From contig CAWIAD010000002.1 in the NCBI GenBank assembly GCA_963833985.1, positions 5,728,001 to 5,792,000 of the forward strand: a stretch of DNA of 64,000 nt, read 5' to 3'. Shown here in pieces: positions 50,284-60,819 of the stretch. Made by a program: the position numbers and the translations under genes. A model generated the notes under the pieces. It saw nothing but the letters and a program-made list of their open reading frames with translations, was not told where the DNA came from and made no database searches. This DNA comes from an uncultured Planctomycetaceae bacterium (GTDB lineage Bacteria > Planctomycetota > Planctomycetia > Isosphaerales > Isosphaeraceae). Position 1 is the first letter of the stretch. Each line of letters opens with the position of its first letter.

Positions 50284-53200
50284 TCAAAACTTCGCCACCG
50301 CACTTTTTCGCTGGAGCTGGAGCACCTTGGCATCCGGGTCGACCACGATCGATTCTGGCTCGAAGGGACACGTGATCATCAATTCTTGCGATGCGTCTTT
50401 CCCGGCGGTGACCCGCGCTTCCTGGTACCCGGGCGACGGCTGACCCTTACTATCGAACCGCTCTCCTCGGACCGCGGCAACCTCGACGGGCATGGAACCC
50501 GTGCCGAGATTCTCGAGCCGGAAGGTAACCTTCCAGGATGCGCCCTCTCTTGTCCTGATCGGCTCGTGCAGCCGGTAATCGGGCAAGACCACCTTTTCGA
50601 ACCACTGCTGCGTGAAGTCGTCGAACGTGCTGGTATCGGGCGCAAAGCTCCGCATCGTCTTCAGGAAATCCTGGAGCACCGGGTGGTCGGGATTGCCGTG
50701 ATACGTCTTGCAGAAGGAATGAAGCCCCGCCAGGGTACGCTCGCGGCCCATGTGGTTCAGGAGCATCCAGAAGACCCAGCCGCCCTTGTCGTAGGTGACG
50801 GTGGTGTCGCCGTTGCGACTGCCGTCAATCTTCACCAGGGGCCGCTCGGAGTCCACGGAGCGTTCCTTGGCGTAGTTCGACTCGATCCGCGTGCAGAAGC
50901 TGATCCGCGCGGCGGGTCCCTTGACCTGATCCACCAGCAGCATCGTGGCGAAGTGCGCCATGCCTTCGGCCAGGATGTTGCCGCCCGGCCCCTTTCCCGG
51001 AGTGACGATGTTGCCCCACCACTGGTGGGCGGATTCATGCGCCGCGATCTCGAAGGCGAAATGGATCTCCGAGCTGTCCGCGGTCAGAAAGCCGACGCCT
51101 TCGGAAAAGGAGATGTTCGTGGGAAAGCCCTGGGCATAGGTCGCCAGCGCGGGAAACTCGCTGAGCCTGAGCTCCTTCCAGGGGTAGGGATAGAACCAGT
51201 CGGAGTAGTACCTGCGCCGGCGATGAGGCAGCCGAGGATCTCATCCACGTTGTACGGATGAGACGGATGATAGTAGACCTCCGCACCCGCGCCGCGTTTC
51301 ACGGTCAGCCGACCCGCGACGACGTTGAAGAAGGTGACCGGATGATCGCTCTCCCAGACCACGGTGCGCCGGTCCGCGGTGACGGTGTCGGCCGTCTTGA
51401 TGCCGACGGAGTTGAGCGTGAAATCCGCCGGACCGGTGATCTTGATGCGCGTGGAAAACGGCGCGCGCGTTCCCAGCAGCGACTCGGTCTGACCCTCGAA
51501 GAAATCGTCGCTGTACTCCCTGGCCTCGGCCTGATTCTCGTCGTCCACGCCGATTTCCGGATTGAAGCCCAGCGTGGGCACGAAGCTCGGGCGGAAACTG
51601 GTGAGCACGACCCCGGCGGGAAGGATGAACTCCATGGCACTCCCCCCCGCTTGCTGATGCCGCGCGGATACCGGCCTTCATGCCGGAAGCCAATCCGGGC
51701 GGTCTCGCCCGGGCGCAGCGGCACAGGGAGCCGGAAGACGTAAAGCCGTGCGCGGTCCTGCGGAGTGAAGGGCTGGCCATCGAGCGTCCAGGCCAGTTGC
51801 TCCCAGTGCGAGCCCCCGGTCAAGACAACCTCCCGTAACGCTCGATCGTGCGGGTTGATCAGGTCATAAGACCCCTCGACGCGGTAGCGGCTGGCGTTGG
51901 GATGGAGATCGAGGTTCAGATCAACGTGAGTCAGATCGGGAATGGGCACGTCGCGATAGGTCGCGATATTTTTGCGCCAGTAGTCCTTATCCCGCTGCCT
52001 GGCGGCCGCGCCCTCATGCCCCCGGCCGACTTCCAGGGCCAGCCACGTGCCGGCCGCGATGGGCACGAGCGCCACGGCGCCAGCCGCAGGGCCGTCTGTT
52101 GCAGCGCCCGCGGTCGGAGATGATGCACCAGCCGCGTGGGGTCGATCTCGCAACGCCGGAAGAAGCCGACGGTGAGCGCCAGGAAGAAGCCTGCCGCGCC
52201 CATCGCCAGCAGGCGGCTCAGCACCAGGGCCTTGCGGTCGAGCTCCAGGACGCTCATGTCGCTCCAGTGGATCGCGTCCCACATCGGCCAGTTACCTACC
52301 CAGTTGATCTCGCCCGCGAGCAGGCGGTATGCCGTGAAGGCGAAGACACCCAAGGCCAGGGCGATCGTGGTGTATCTATTGCGAGTGATGGTGTGGAGGG
52401 CCGTCACGAAGCACGTCCAGACCAGGAACACGGGGACCAGGAGCAGCCCCCACACCAGCGCGAAGGGGCGGAATTCGAGCGGCGCGCGACCCTGGATCAG
52501 CATGGCGATTGCGCCACCGGCGCCGGTGGCCAGCACGATCGCCAGCCCGACGGCCGCCAGAGCCAGGGCCTTGCCGAGCAGCAAGGAGCCGGTTCGGATG
52601 GGAGCCGAGTGGACGATCTCGGCGAGCCGTGAGACCTGCTCGCGGTCGAGCGTATCAACGGTGTACCAGAGCAAAAGCAGGCAGAGACACACGGTCAGCG
52701 AATCCATGGCTCCCACCGCGAACGATCCGGAAGTGATCAGGAGCGGCGTGTCCAGATACCCCGTCTTCAGCAGGCTGTGGCCGAGGCTCTGGAGCAGCAC
52801 CAGGGGCGCGAACAGATAGAGCCCGGGACTCCAGGCCAGTTCGACCAGCTCGATCCGGGCCACGTGCCAGGCGCCCCGGAGCAGGCTCGGCCGCACTGCC
52901 ATCATGTGCAGTGCTGCCAGCGGATCTCGTGCGCTGGCGGCCCGGGGGTCCTGCGCGGTCGCCGTCGCGGTCTCGGTTCCTAGCCGGCTTTTTGCCGGAC
53001 GGCCGTGGAGTGTGCGCGTGAAATGCCAGCGGGAAAGCGCCACGGCGCCCAGGCCGAGCAGGACGTAGACGAGCCGGCTGATCAAAAACGCCCGGTCATA
53101 CGTGATCGCGCTGGTATTGTAGAACGTCACGCCGCGATCCACCTTCAGCCAGGTCTCCTTGAGCCAGCGCGAGCCTCCTGGATCGATCAGCATGAGTGCA

Positions 53201-53898
53201 CGGTTCATCCGCGGGTCGAGCCAGCCCGGCGACCAGGTCGAGAGCAGGAAAAGCTCCGCCAGCAGGAAGCTCAAGGGGAGAACAAAGACCAGGATCGGGC
53301 GCCGCGTCCACTCGCCGATTGCCAGCGACGCTGCCGCCAGGAAGACGAGCGTGGGTATCGAGAAGACGAGCGCCGGACGCAGGTAGTTGAGCATCTGGAA
53401 CGGTCCGCGGATCTGCCTGGCCGGATCGCCGGGAAGCACGTGGAAACAGAACATCATGGCCAGCACATGAATGGCCAGTACTCCCAGCGTGCAGGCCAGT
53501 ACGGCCGCGAACTTTCCCCAGATGTATTCACCGGGCGTCAGCGATGTCGCGTGCAACAGGTCGCCCAGCCGCCATTCGGCATCCTGGATGACCGTCATCC
53601 CGGCCGCGATCGCCAGGAAGAAGGAATAGAGGATGAGCGTCAGGATGGAAAGCTGCTGGGCGACTGCGAACTCGGAGGTGATCCAGGCCTTCGTCCCGCC
53701 CACCGAGGAGTCGCCGCTCTGGATGGTCATGGACCCGGTCGACATGCCCCAGGCGGCCAGCACGAGGATCAGCGCCCAGATCCAGAACAGCGGTCGACGC
53801 ACGTGGAACGCGGCATCGGCCCGGAACACGGTCAGCAAGCGCCGCAGTCGGGCCGATGCGGACATCGAGTGAGTCGAGTGCGTGTGCTCCCTGCTCAT
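50284..53898 (-). CDS. ABC-2 permease fused to M1 aminopeptidase; frameshifts near 52080, 51645 and 51220
   Basis: Two membrane domains, then AQGFP, HESAHQWWG...LAEG (HExxH...E), TYDKGGWV and VDPD. Confidence 0.85.
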
Positions 53899-54830
53899 CG
53901 GACATCTCCGCTGAGGGCCGCCTTGTGAGACCCGGCGGCACTCGGGCCGGGCAGGCCGCCGGTCCTGGTCACCACGAGATAGGCGTCTTCTAGGGTGGCC
54001 TCCACCGCCGCGAAGTCCGCTGGCGGGTCCGCGTCGGGCTCGTAGATACGAACCCGATTGTTGCCCCCCACGAGGTACGCCTGGGTCACGCACCTGCTCG
54101 AATCGGCGATCAGTTGCTCATACGATTTTCCGGAGATCGAGGCCTCGAAGATGTATCCGTCGATGGCGCGGAGGGCTTGCCCGGGCGTGGTGCTGGCCAC
54201 CAGCCGCCCCTGCCGGATGATCGCGAACCGCGGGCAGAGCTGAGCGACGTCCTCGACGATATGCGTTGACAGGAGCACGATCCGGTCCTCGGCCAGCTCG
54301 GAGAGCAGGCGGTAGAAGCGCTGGCGCTCTTCCGGGTCGAGGCCGGCCGTGGGCTCGTCGACGATGATCAGGCGCGGGTCGCCAGCGATGGCCTGGGCAA
54401 TTCCCAGGCGCTGGCGCATGCCGCCAGAATAGGTCTTCACCTTGCGCCGGGCCGCGAAGGATAAGTTCACGCGCTCCAGCAGGGAATCGCAAAGACTGTC
54501 CAGGCCGCCAGGTGCCGTGACGCCCTTGAGGCGAAGAAGGTAACGGAGCATCGCCTTGCCGGTCAGGTGCGGAAAGAAGCCGAAGTCTTGCGGCAGATAG
54601 CCGAGCCGGCACCAGATGCTCTCGGGCCGATCCAGGATCGACTCACCGTCGAGCGTCGCGGTGCCGGATGTGGGCTCGAGCAGGCCCGCGAGGATGCGCA
54701 TCAGCGTGGTCTTGCCCGCGCCGTTGGCGCCAAGCAGCCCGAACATACCGTTGGGAATATCAAGATCGACGCCCTGGAGCGCGGCCACCGGACCGGGATA
54801 AACTTTCACGAGATCGCGAACCGTCAGCAT
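53895..54830 (-). CDS. ABC transporter ATP-binding protein
   Basis: GANGAGKTT, YSGGM, IIVDEPT and STH motifs. Confidence 0.96.
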   Translation of the reverse strand: MLTVRDLVKVYPGPVAALQGVDLDIPNGMFGLLGANGAGKTTLMRILAGLLEPTSGTATLDGESILDRPESIWCRLGYLPQDFGFFPHLTGKAMLRYLLRLKGVTAPGGLDSLCDSLLERVNLSFAARRKVKTYSGGMRQRLGIAQAIAGDPRLIIVDEPTAGLDPEERQRFYRLLSELAEDRIVLLSTHIVEDVAQLCPRFAIIRQGRLVASTTPGQALRAIDGYIFEASISGKSYEQLIADSSRCVTQAYLVGGNNRVRIYEPDADPPADFAAVEATLEDAYLVVTRTGGLPGPSAAGSHKAALSGDVR

Positions 54831-55081
54831 GCAGCGCTCCTTCTTATTGCCGTGCCCCGGACAACGTGGTTCCGGATGGTACAGAGGCGATTCGGCGGTT
54901 GCCAGCGATTATTGCGCCTGGTAGCCGGGCACGCCAGACTGATCGAGCAGGCCCGCAAGCCCGCTCTGCGTGCCCGTATGCCTTCGCCCGGGGCCGCTCT
55001 AGCCTCTTCCTTTTTGAAGGTTCTTCGACGAAGATTTGAGGGCATGAAGCCACGATTCTCCCGATCCGAGACAGAAGTCCC

Positions 55082-55945
55082 ATGGCCAGTTACGACCCAG
55101 AGTTCGACCACGCGCCCAAGTTCTCGCCCGAATACGACGATTCCCGACCCAGGCAGCGCGGCTGTCTCTTTTACGGCTGCGTGATCTCCGGCGTTCTGGC
55201 CGTGCTCGTGATCGTCCTGCTGGGAATCGGGGCTTACCTTGCCAGCCGCTGGTTCTCCGGGTTCATCGAGGAATGGACGTCACCGGCCCCCGCCGAGTTG
55301 CCCCGGGCCGAGCTCTCCGAGGATGCCCAGAAGGCCACCAAGGAGCGAGTGGACGCCTTCCGCAAAGCACTCGACGAGGGCACCGCGAATGAACCGCTGG
55401 TGCTCGACAGTGACGATCTCAATGCGCTCATCGAGTCGAACCCGGATTTCCGGGGCAAGGTGTTCGTCCGCGTGGAGGGCGACAAGCTCAAGGGGCAGGT
55501 GAGCATACCGCTGGAGAAGTTGCAACTCGGCATTCTCAAGGGTCGCTACCTCAACGGCGAGGCGGAGTTCAAGGCCCTGCTCAGCGACGGCATCCTGATC
55601 GTCACGCTCGATTCGCTGATCGTCAACGGCAAGACCCCGCCCGAGCAGTTCCTGGCCGAGATGCGGAAACAGAACCTCGCCAAGGACGCCTACAGCAATC
55701 CCAAGCACGCCGAGATGCTGCGCCGCTTCGAGAGCCTGAAGATCAGGGACGGCAAGGTCATTCTCACTCCACGGGCTCATACCGAGGGGCCGGCGTCCGA
55801 CGGTCCCCATCCGCCGGCCGAGAAATCCGCGCCTGCCAGCCCGGCGCCTACCCCGCCGGCATCAGTGCCTGCCCCGCCGGCATCAGTGCCTGCCGGGGCG
55901 CCTGGTCCCTCCCCTGCCCCGCCGGAAAAGAAGAAGGCCGGTTAG
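55082..55945 (+). CDS. Hypothetical membrane-anchored protein with Pro-rich tail
   Basis: RGCLFYGC + TM segment; tail contains a 21-bp tandem duplication (PPASVPA x2). Confidence 0.8.
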   Translation: MASYDPEFDHAPKFSPEYDDSRPRQRGCLFYGCVISGVLAVLVIVLLGIGAYLASRWFSGFIEEWTSPAPAELPRAELSEDAQKATKERVDAFRKALDEGTANEPLVLDSDDLNALIESNPDFRGKVFVRVEGDKLKGQVSIPLEKLQLGILKGRYLNGEAEFKALLSDGILIVTLDSLIVNGKTPPEQFLAEMRKQNLAKDAYSNPKHAEMLRRFESLKIRDGKVILTPRAHTEGPASDGPHPPAEKSAPASPAPTPPASVPAPPASVPAGAPGPSPAPPEKKKAG

Positions 55946-56017
55946 CGAACCTCTCATACGCTCGCCCGGCTCTGCCTGGCGAGATCGATCAGGATCGACA
56001 TTCTTGAAGGAGTTCTC

Positions 56018-58807
56018 ATGAGGTATACGGCAAGGTTTCACGTTCTTCTCGGTTTCGCCGTCCTGGTGCTGGGGCCAGCCACCGCGCCGGTGCGCTCCAG
56101 GGCAGCGGAAAAGCCCACCAAGGTAGCCACAGTGGAGGGAATCACGGAGTACCGCCTGGACAACGGCCTCCGCGTCTTGCTCTTTCCCGATCCCTCCCGG
56201 CCCAAGGTGACGGTCAACCTGACAGTGCTGGTTGGGTCGCGGCACGAGGGATACGGCGAGACGGGCATGGCCCACCTGCTGGAGCACATGGTCTTCAAAG
56301 GAACGCCCGACCATCCCAACATCCCGGCGGCCATGAAGGAGCGGGGCGCCCAGTTCAACGGCTCGACCTCCGAGGACCGGACGAACTATTACGAGACCCT
56401 GGCGGCCAGCGATGACAATCTGGAGTTCGCCCTCCGGCTCGAGGCCGACCGGATGGTCAACAGCCCCATCAAGGCCGAGGACCTGGCCACCGAGTTCTCG
56501 GTGGTGCGCAACGAGTTCGAGATGGGTGAGAACTCTCCCGAGAACGTGCTCTCGCAGCGCATGGCGGCGGTGGCCTACGAGTGGCACAACTACGGCAAGT
56601 CGACCATCGGCAACCGCACCGACATCGAGCGGGTTCCCCCCGACAGCCTGCGCGCCTTCTACAAGAAGTTCTACCAGCCGGACAATGGCGTGCTCGTCGT
56701 CGCCGGGAAGTTTGACGAGGCGAAGGCACTGGACCTGATCACCAGGTATTTTGGAGCCCTGCCGCGCCCCGAGCGCAAGCTGCCGGCCACTTACACCGAG
56801 GAGCCGCCTCAAGACGGCCAGCGGGTGGTGACCCTGCGGCGCGTGGGAAATGTTGGGCTGGTGGGCCTGCTCTACCACGTCCCTTCCGGGCCCCATCCCG
56901 AGTTTGCCGCCGTGCAGGTGCTTGCCAGCATCCTGGGGTCGGAACCTTCGGGCCGGCTCTACAAGGCACTTGTGGAAACGAAGAAGGCAGCCACCGTCTC
57001 GGCGCATGCCCAGGCACTCCACGACCCCGGCCTGTTCGAGATCATGGCCGAGGTCAACTCGAAGGAGATGGCAGGCCTTGAGCAGGTGCGCGACGTGATG
57101 TATTCAGTGGTCGACGAGGTGACCCGCTCTGGAGTCACTCAGGAGGAAGTGGATCGGGCGCGCCAGAAGATGCTGCGGGATCGCGAGCTCGCCTCGGCCG
57201 ACCCCAACCGCGTGGCCGTCATGCTTTCCAACTGGGCGGCACAGGGCGACTGGAGGCTCTACTTCCTGAGCCGCGACCGCATCGAGCAAGTCACCACCGC
57301 GCAGGTCCAGGAAGCGGCCTCGAAGTACTTGACGCCCAGCAATCGAACGGTGGGCTACTTCATCCCCGCAACGAAGCCCGAGCGGACGGCCGTGCCGCCA
57401 GCTCCCGACGTGGCCGGGATGGTAGATCGCTACAAGGGCCGGGAGGTGCAGTCGTCCGGCGAGTCATTCGATGTCTCGCCGCTGGCCATCGAGGCCCGCG
57501 TGCAGAAGCCTGAACCGCTGGATGGCGTGAAGGTGGCCCTGCTGCCGAAGAAAACGCGCGGCGGCGCTGTGCATGTCCATCTCAACCTTCACTACGGCAC
57601 GGCCGACAGCCTGAAAGGAAAGGTCGAGGCAGCGAGCTTCCTGTCGGGGCTCATGCTCCGCGGCACCAGGAACATGAACCGCCAGCAGATCGAGGACGCG
57701 CTGGACAAGAATTTCGCGCGGCTCGGCGGCGGGTTCGGTGGAATGGGAGGCCGTCGCGGTGGTGGTGGCGGAGGTGGTTCCCTGGGCACGCTGTCGTACT
57801 CGATCCAGACCCGGCACGCCAACCTGCCGGCGGTGCTGGAGATCCTCCGTCAGATCCTGCGCGAGCCCACTCTGCCCGAGAGCGAGTTCACGATCATGAA
57901 GAACGAGCGCCTGGCAGGACTGGAACAGGGCCGTTCCGACCCCATGCGGCTGGGCATGAACCGGATTCAACGGGTGCTCTCAAGCTATCCTCCCTCGGAT
58001 GTGCGCTACGTGCCGACCATCGAGGAAGACATCGAGCGCATGCGGCAGGTCACGGTGGAAGATGTCCGTGCGCTCTATCGCGACTTCCTCAGCGCCAGCC
58101 ATGGCGAGCTGACGATCGTGGGCGACTTCGAGCCCTCCGAGGCCCTCTCGGTGCTGGCCCGTAGCCTCGACGGCTGGAAAACCGCGCAGCCCTATGAACG
58201 CATCGAGCGGCCGTTCCAGGCGGACCTCAAGCCCGCCCGGGAGACGATCGAAACGCCCGACAAGGAAAACGCCACGTACTTCGCCGGCCTGACGCTGAAC
58301 ATGAAGGACAGCGACTCCGACTACCCGGCCATGGTGCTGGGCAACTACATCCTGGGCGGCGGTGCCATCTCGTCGCGGATCGCCGACCGCCTGCGTCAAA
58401 AGGGCGGGCTCTCCTATTCCGCCGCCTCCGGCTTCGCCGCCAACCCGCTTGATTCCCGTGCGACTCTGCTTGTCCGGGCCATCTACAACCCGGCCAACCG
58501 CCCCAAGGTCGTCACGGGTGTGGAAGAAGAGCTGACCAGGCTGCTTCATGGCGGCGTCACGGCCGAGGAATTGAAGCGCGCCAAGGATGGGTATCTCACG
58601 CAGCTTCAGGTTGGCCGGACCAACGACAACGCGCTGGCTTCCTCACTGGCCGAGAACCTGTTCGTCGGGCGCACCATGCAGTTCGACGCCGACCTCGAGG
58701 CCAGGATCAAGACCTTGACCGTCGACGAGGTCAATGCCGCACTGCGCAAGTACGTCCATCCCGATCGACTCTCCGTCATCACGGCCGGAGATTTCAAAGG
58801 CAAGTGA
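56018..58807 (+). CDS. M16 (pitrilysin/PqqL-like) zinc protease
   Basis: Signal peptide, LDNGLRVLL, HLLEH (HxxEH), VVRNE and RQKGGLSY motifs. Confidence 0.95.
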   Translation: MRYTARFHVLLGFAVLVLGPATAPVRSRAAEKPTKVATVEGITEYRLDNGLRVLLFPDPSRPKVTVNLTVLVGSRHEGYGETGMAHLLEHMVFKGTPDHPNIPAAMKERGAQFNGSTSEDRTNYYETLAASDDNLEFALRLEADRMVNSPIKAEDLATEFSVVRNEFEMGENSPENVLSQRMAAVAYEWHNYGKSTIGNRTDIERVPPDSLRAFYKKFYQPDNGVLVVAGKFDEAKALDLITRYFGALPRPERKLPATYTEEPPQDGQRVVTLRRVGNVGLVGLLYHVPSGPHPEFAAVQVLASILGSEPSGRLYKALVETKKAATVSAHAQALHDPGLFEIMAEVNSKEMAGLEQVRDVMYSVVDEVTRSGVTQEEVDRARQKMLRDRELASADPNRVAVMLSNWAAQGDWRLYFLSRDRIEQVTTAQVQEAASKYLTPSNRTVGYFIPATKPERTAVPPAPDVAGMVDRYKGREVQSSGESFDVSPLAIEARVQKPEPLDGVKVALLPKKTRGGAVHVHLNLHYGTADSLKGKVEAASFLSGLMLRGTRNMNRQQIEDALDKNFARLGGGFGGMGGRRGGGGGGGSLGTLSYSIQTRHANLPAVLEILRQILREPTLPESEFTIMKNERLAGLEQGRSDPMRLGMNRIQRVLSSYPPSDVRYVPTIEEDIERMRQVTVEDVRALYRDFLSASHGELTIVGDFEPSEALSVLARSLDGWKTAQPYERIERPFQADLKPARETIETPDKENATYFAGLTLNMKDSDSDYPAMVLGNYILGGGAISSRIADRLRQKGGLSYSAASGFAANPLDSRATLLVRAIYNPANRPKVVTGVEEELTRLLHGGVTAEELKRAKDGYLTQLQVGRTNDNALASSLAENLFVGRTMQFDADLEARIKTLTVDEVNAALRKYVHPDRLSVITAGDFKGK

Positions 58808-58810
58808 ACC

Positions 58811-58966
58811 GTGGGTGGTGGTGAGTGGTCAGTGGGCAGCGCAGTGGGCGGGAGGGAGAGACGTCCAGCGCTGCTTCCCACTGGCCACGAGCCAGTCACC
58901 GAACGACTTGCTACCGAACGCAGGCCATGGTTCACTGGCCACTTGCGGCTGTTCACTGGCCCACTC
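58811..58966. repeat. Degenerate heptamer-type palindromic intergenic repeat
   Basis: gtggtcagtgggcagc (58825-58840) pairs with gctgcttcccactggccac (58870-58888); further cactggccac-like copies at 58933 and 58954. Confidence 0.6.
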
Positions 58967-58985
58967 TTACTCCGGGAGCCTCTCC

Positions 58986-60050
58986 ATGCACCGGCGCGAT
59001 TTTCTCAAGCAGACGGGGACCGCGGCCCTGGCGGCGGCCTCGGGCCCGTTCGTGCACGCCAGCGACAAGAGCGGCGAGAAGCCGCCGATCGTGGGCGCGG
59101 GCGAGCACCGCTACGAGTGCCACCATAACTGGGGAGAGCTTCCCAGCTCGATCCACTGGGTGGAAACCCACGGCGTGGCCGTCGACGGCGAAGGATTCAT
59201 CTACATCAAGCACCGAGGGGGTGTCGCGAAGCCGAAGACCCCCGCGGAGGCCCAGGACACGATTGTCGTCTTCGATCCCTCCGGCAAGTTCGTCCGCTCG
59301 TTCGGAAAAGAATTCCACGGTGGCGGGCATGGCATTGATATCCGTCGAGAAAACGGGAAAGAATTTCTTTACCTTTGCTGCATGTTCCCCGTGAACCTGG
59401 TGGTCAAGACCGACCTGAAAGGTGAGCAGCTCTGGATCAAGCACGCACCTGCCGAGCCGCACGTCTACGACAAGCCGGGCACGCCTTTCTCGCCAACCAA
59501 CGTGGCCTTTGCACCCGACGGCGGCTTCTACGTGGGCGACGGCTACGGCTCGCATTACATCCACCAGTTCGACAGCGAGGGCCGCTGGGTGCGCACCTGG
59601 GGCGGCGAAGGGACCGAGCCGGGGAAGATGAAAACCCCGCACGGGCTCTGGTACGACAACCGGCCCGGTCGTGAGCCGGCGCTGGTGGTGGCCGACCGCG
59701 CCAACGCCCGACTCCAGTACTTCACCCTTGATGGCAAGTTCCTGGGTTTCGTGCACGACGTGTCATTCCCGGCCCATTTCGACATCAGGGGCGATGTCCT
59801 GCTGGTGCCCGACCTGCATGCGCGGGTGAGCCTCTTCGACAGGAACAACAAGGTACTGGCCCATCTGGGCTACGACCCCGCCTGGACGAGGGAAGTGCTC
59901 GACGGCTTCAAGATGCGCACTCAACCCGAGCGCTGGCCCGCGGGAAAGTTCATCCATCCGCATGACGCATGCTTCGACAAGGATGGAAATATCTTTGTCA
60001 CCGAATGGGTTGCGACAGGCCGGGTGTCGTTCCTTCGGCACCTGAGCTGA
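58986..60050 (+). CDS. Tat-exported NHL-repeat beta-propeller protein
   Basis: HRRDFLK, HGVAVD, YVGDGYG, PHG, VADRAN and HPHDACFD motifs. Confidence 0.9.
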   Translation: MHRRDFLKQTGTAALAAASGPFVHASDKSGEKPPIVGAGEHRYECHHNWGELPSSIHWVETHGVAVDGEGFIYIKHRGGVAKPKTPAEAQDTIVVFDPSGKFVRSFGKEFHGGGHGIDIRRENGKEFLYLCCMFPVNLVVKTDLKGEQLWIKHAPAEPHVYDKPGTPFSPTNVAFAPDGGFYVGDGYGSHYIHQFDSEGRWVRTWGGEGTEPGKMKTPHGLWYDNRPGREPALVVADRANARLQYFTLDGKFLGFVHDVSFPAHFDIRGDVLLVPDLHARVSLFDRNNKVLAHLGYDPAWTREVLDGFKMRTQPERWPAGKFIHPHDACFDKDGNIFVTEWVATGRVSFLRHLS

Positions 60051-60256
60051 GCGCAATGGAAGCATTCGCGGTATCTCCTGGGTACTCATGACCCCGCGGG
60101 ACAAATCCCGGCAATTCCGCGCTCGGTCCTCGACAATCGCCGCGCCGCGTGGTTTCATGGGCGTCCAGAGCCGGGTTGCGCTCCGCGAGGCCGCGCGAGA
60201 CGTTGCCTGTGGGTTCCCGCCACGACGGGGGCATTTGTCAGCGACGCAGGGTCATC

Positions 60257-60814
60257 ATGGAATCACTCCAAGGGCAATTGTTGATTGCATCGCCGTCGCT
60301 GGTGGACCCGAATTTTGCACGGACGGTCGTGCTGGTGGCCGTTCATGGCACCGATGGTGCGCTCGGGTTGGTCCTGAACCGCACGCTCAGCGTGGGACTG
60401 GAGGAGGTCTGGAGCCAGGTGAGCTCATCGGCATGCGTGCGATCCGAGACCGTGCGCAATGGCGGCCCGGTCAGCGGGACCTTGATGGCGGTCCATGACC
60501 GCCGTTCGCTGGCGAACCTGGTGATTGCCGATGACATCTATGTGGCGACCGAGCTCGGTACCATGGAATCACTGGCATCCAGCGACGAGGGACATGTTGC
60601 GTTCTTCCTGGGACATTCCGGATGGGGAGCCGGCCAGCTCGAGAGCGAGATGGCCGAGGGCTCCTGGCTGCTCTTACCCGCCACCTCGGACCATGTCTTC
60701 GGAGACACGGATACACTCGCCCTCTGGAAAGAATCCATGACCCACGCAGGCCGGCGCCGGCTCCAGGCAATCGTCCCGCTCAAACATCTCCCCGACAACC
60801 CGCGGGCGAACTGA
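60257..60814 (+). CDS. yqgE: YqgE/AlgH family protein
   Basis: LLIASPSLVDPNFARTVVL, GLVLNR, GGPV and GHSGWGAGQLESE motifs. Confidence 0.92.
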   Translation: MESLQGQLLIASPSLVDPNFARTVVLVAVHGTDGALGLVLNRTLSVGLEEVWSQVSSSACVRSETVRNGGPVSGTLMAVHDRRSLANLVIADDIYVATELGTMESLASSDEGHVAFFLGHSGWGAGQLESEMAEGSWLLLPATSDHVFGDTDTLALWKESMTHAGRRRLQAIVPLKHLPDNPRAN

Positions 60815-60819
60815 GCCGA

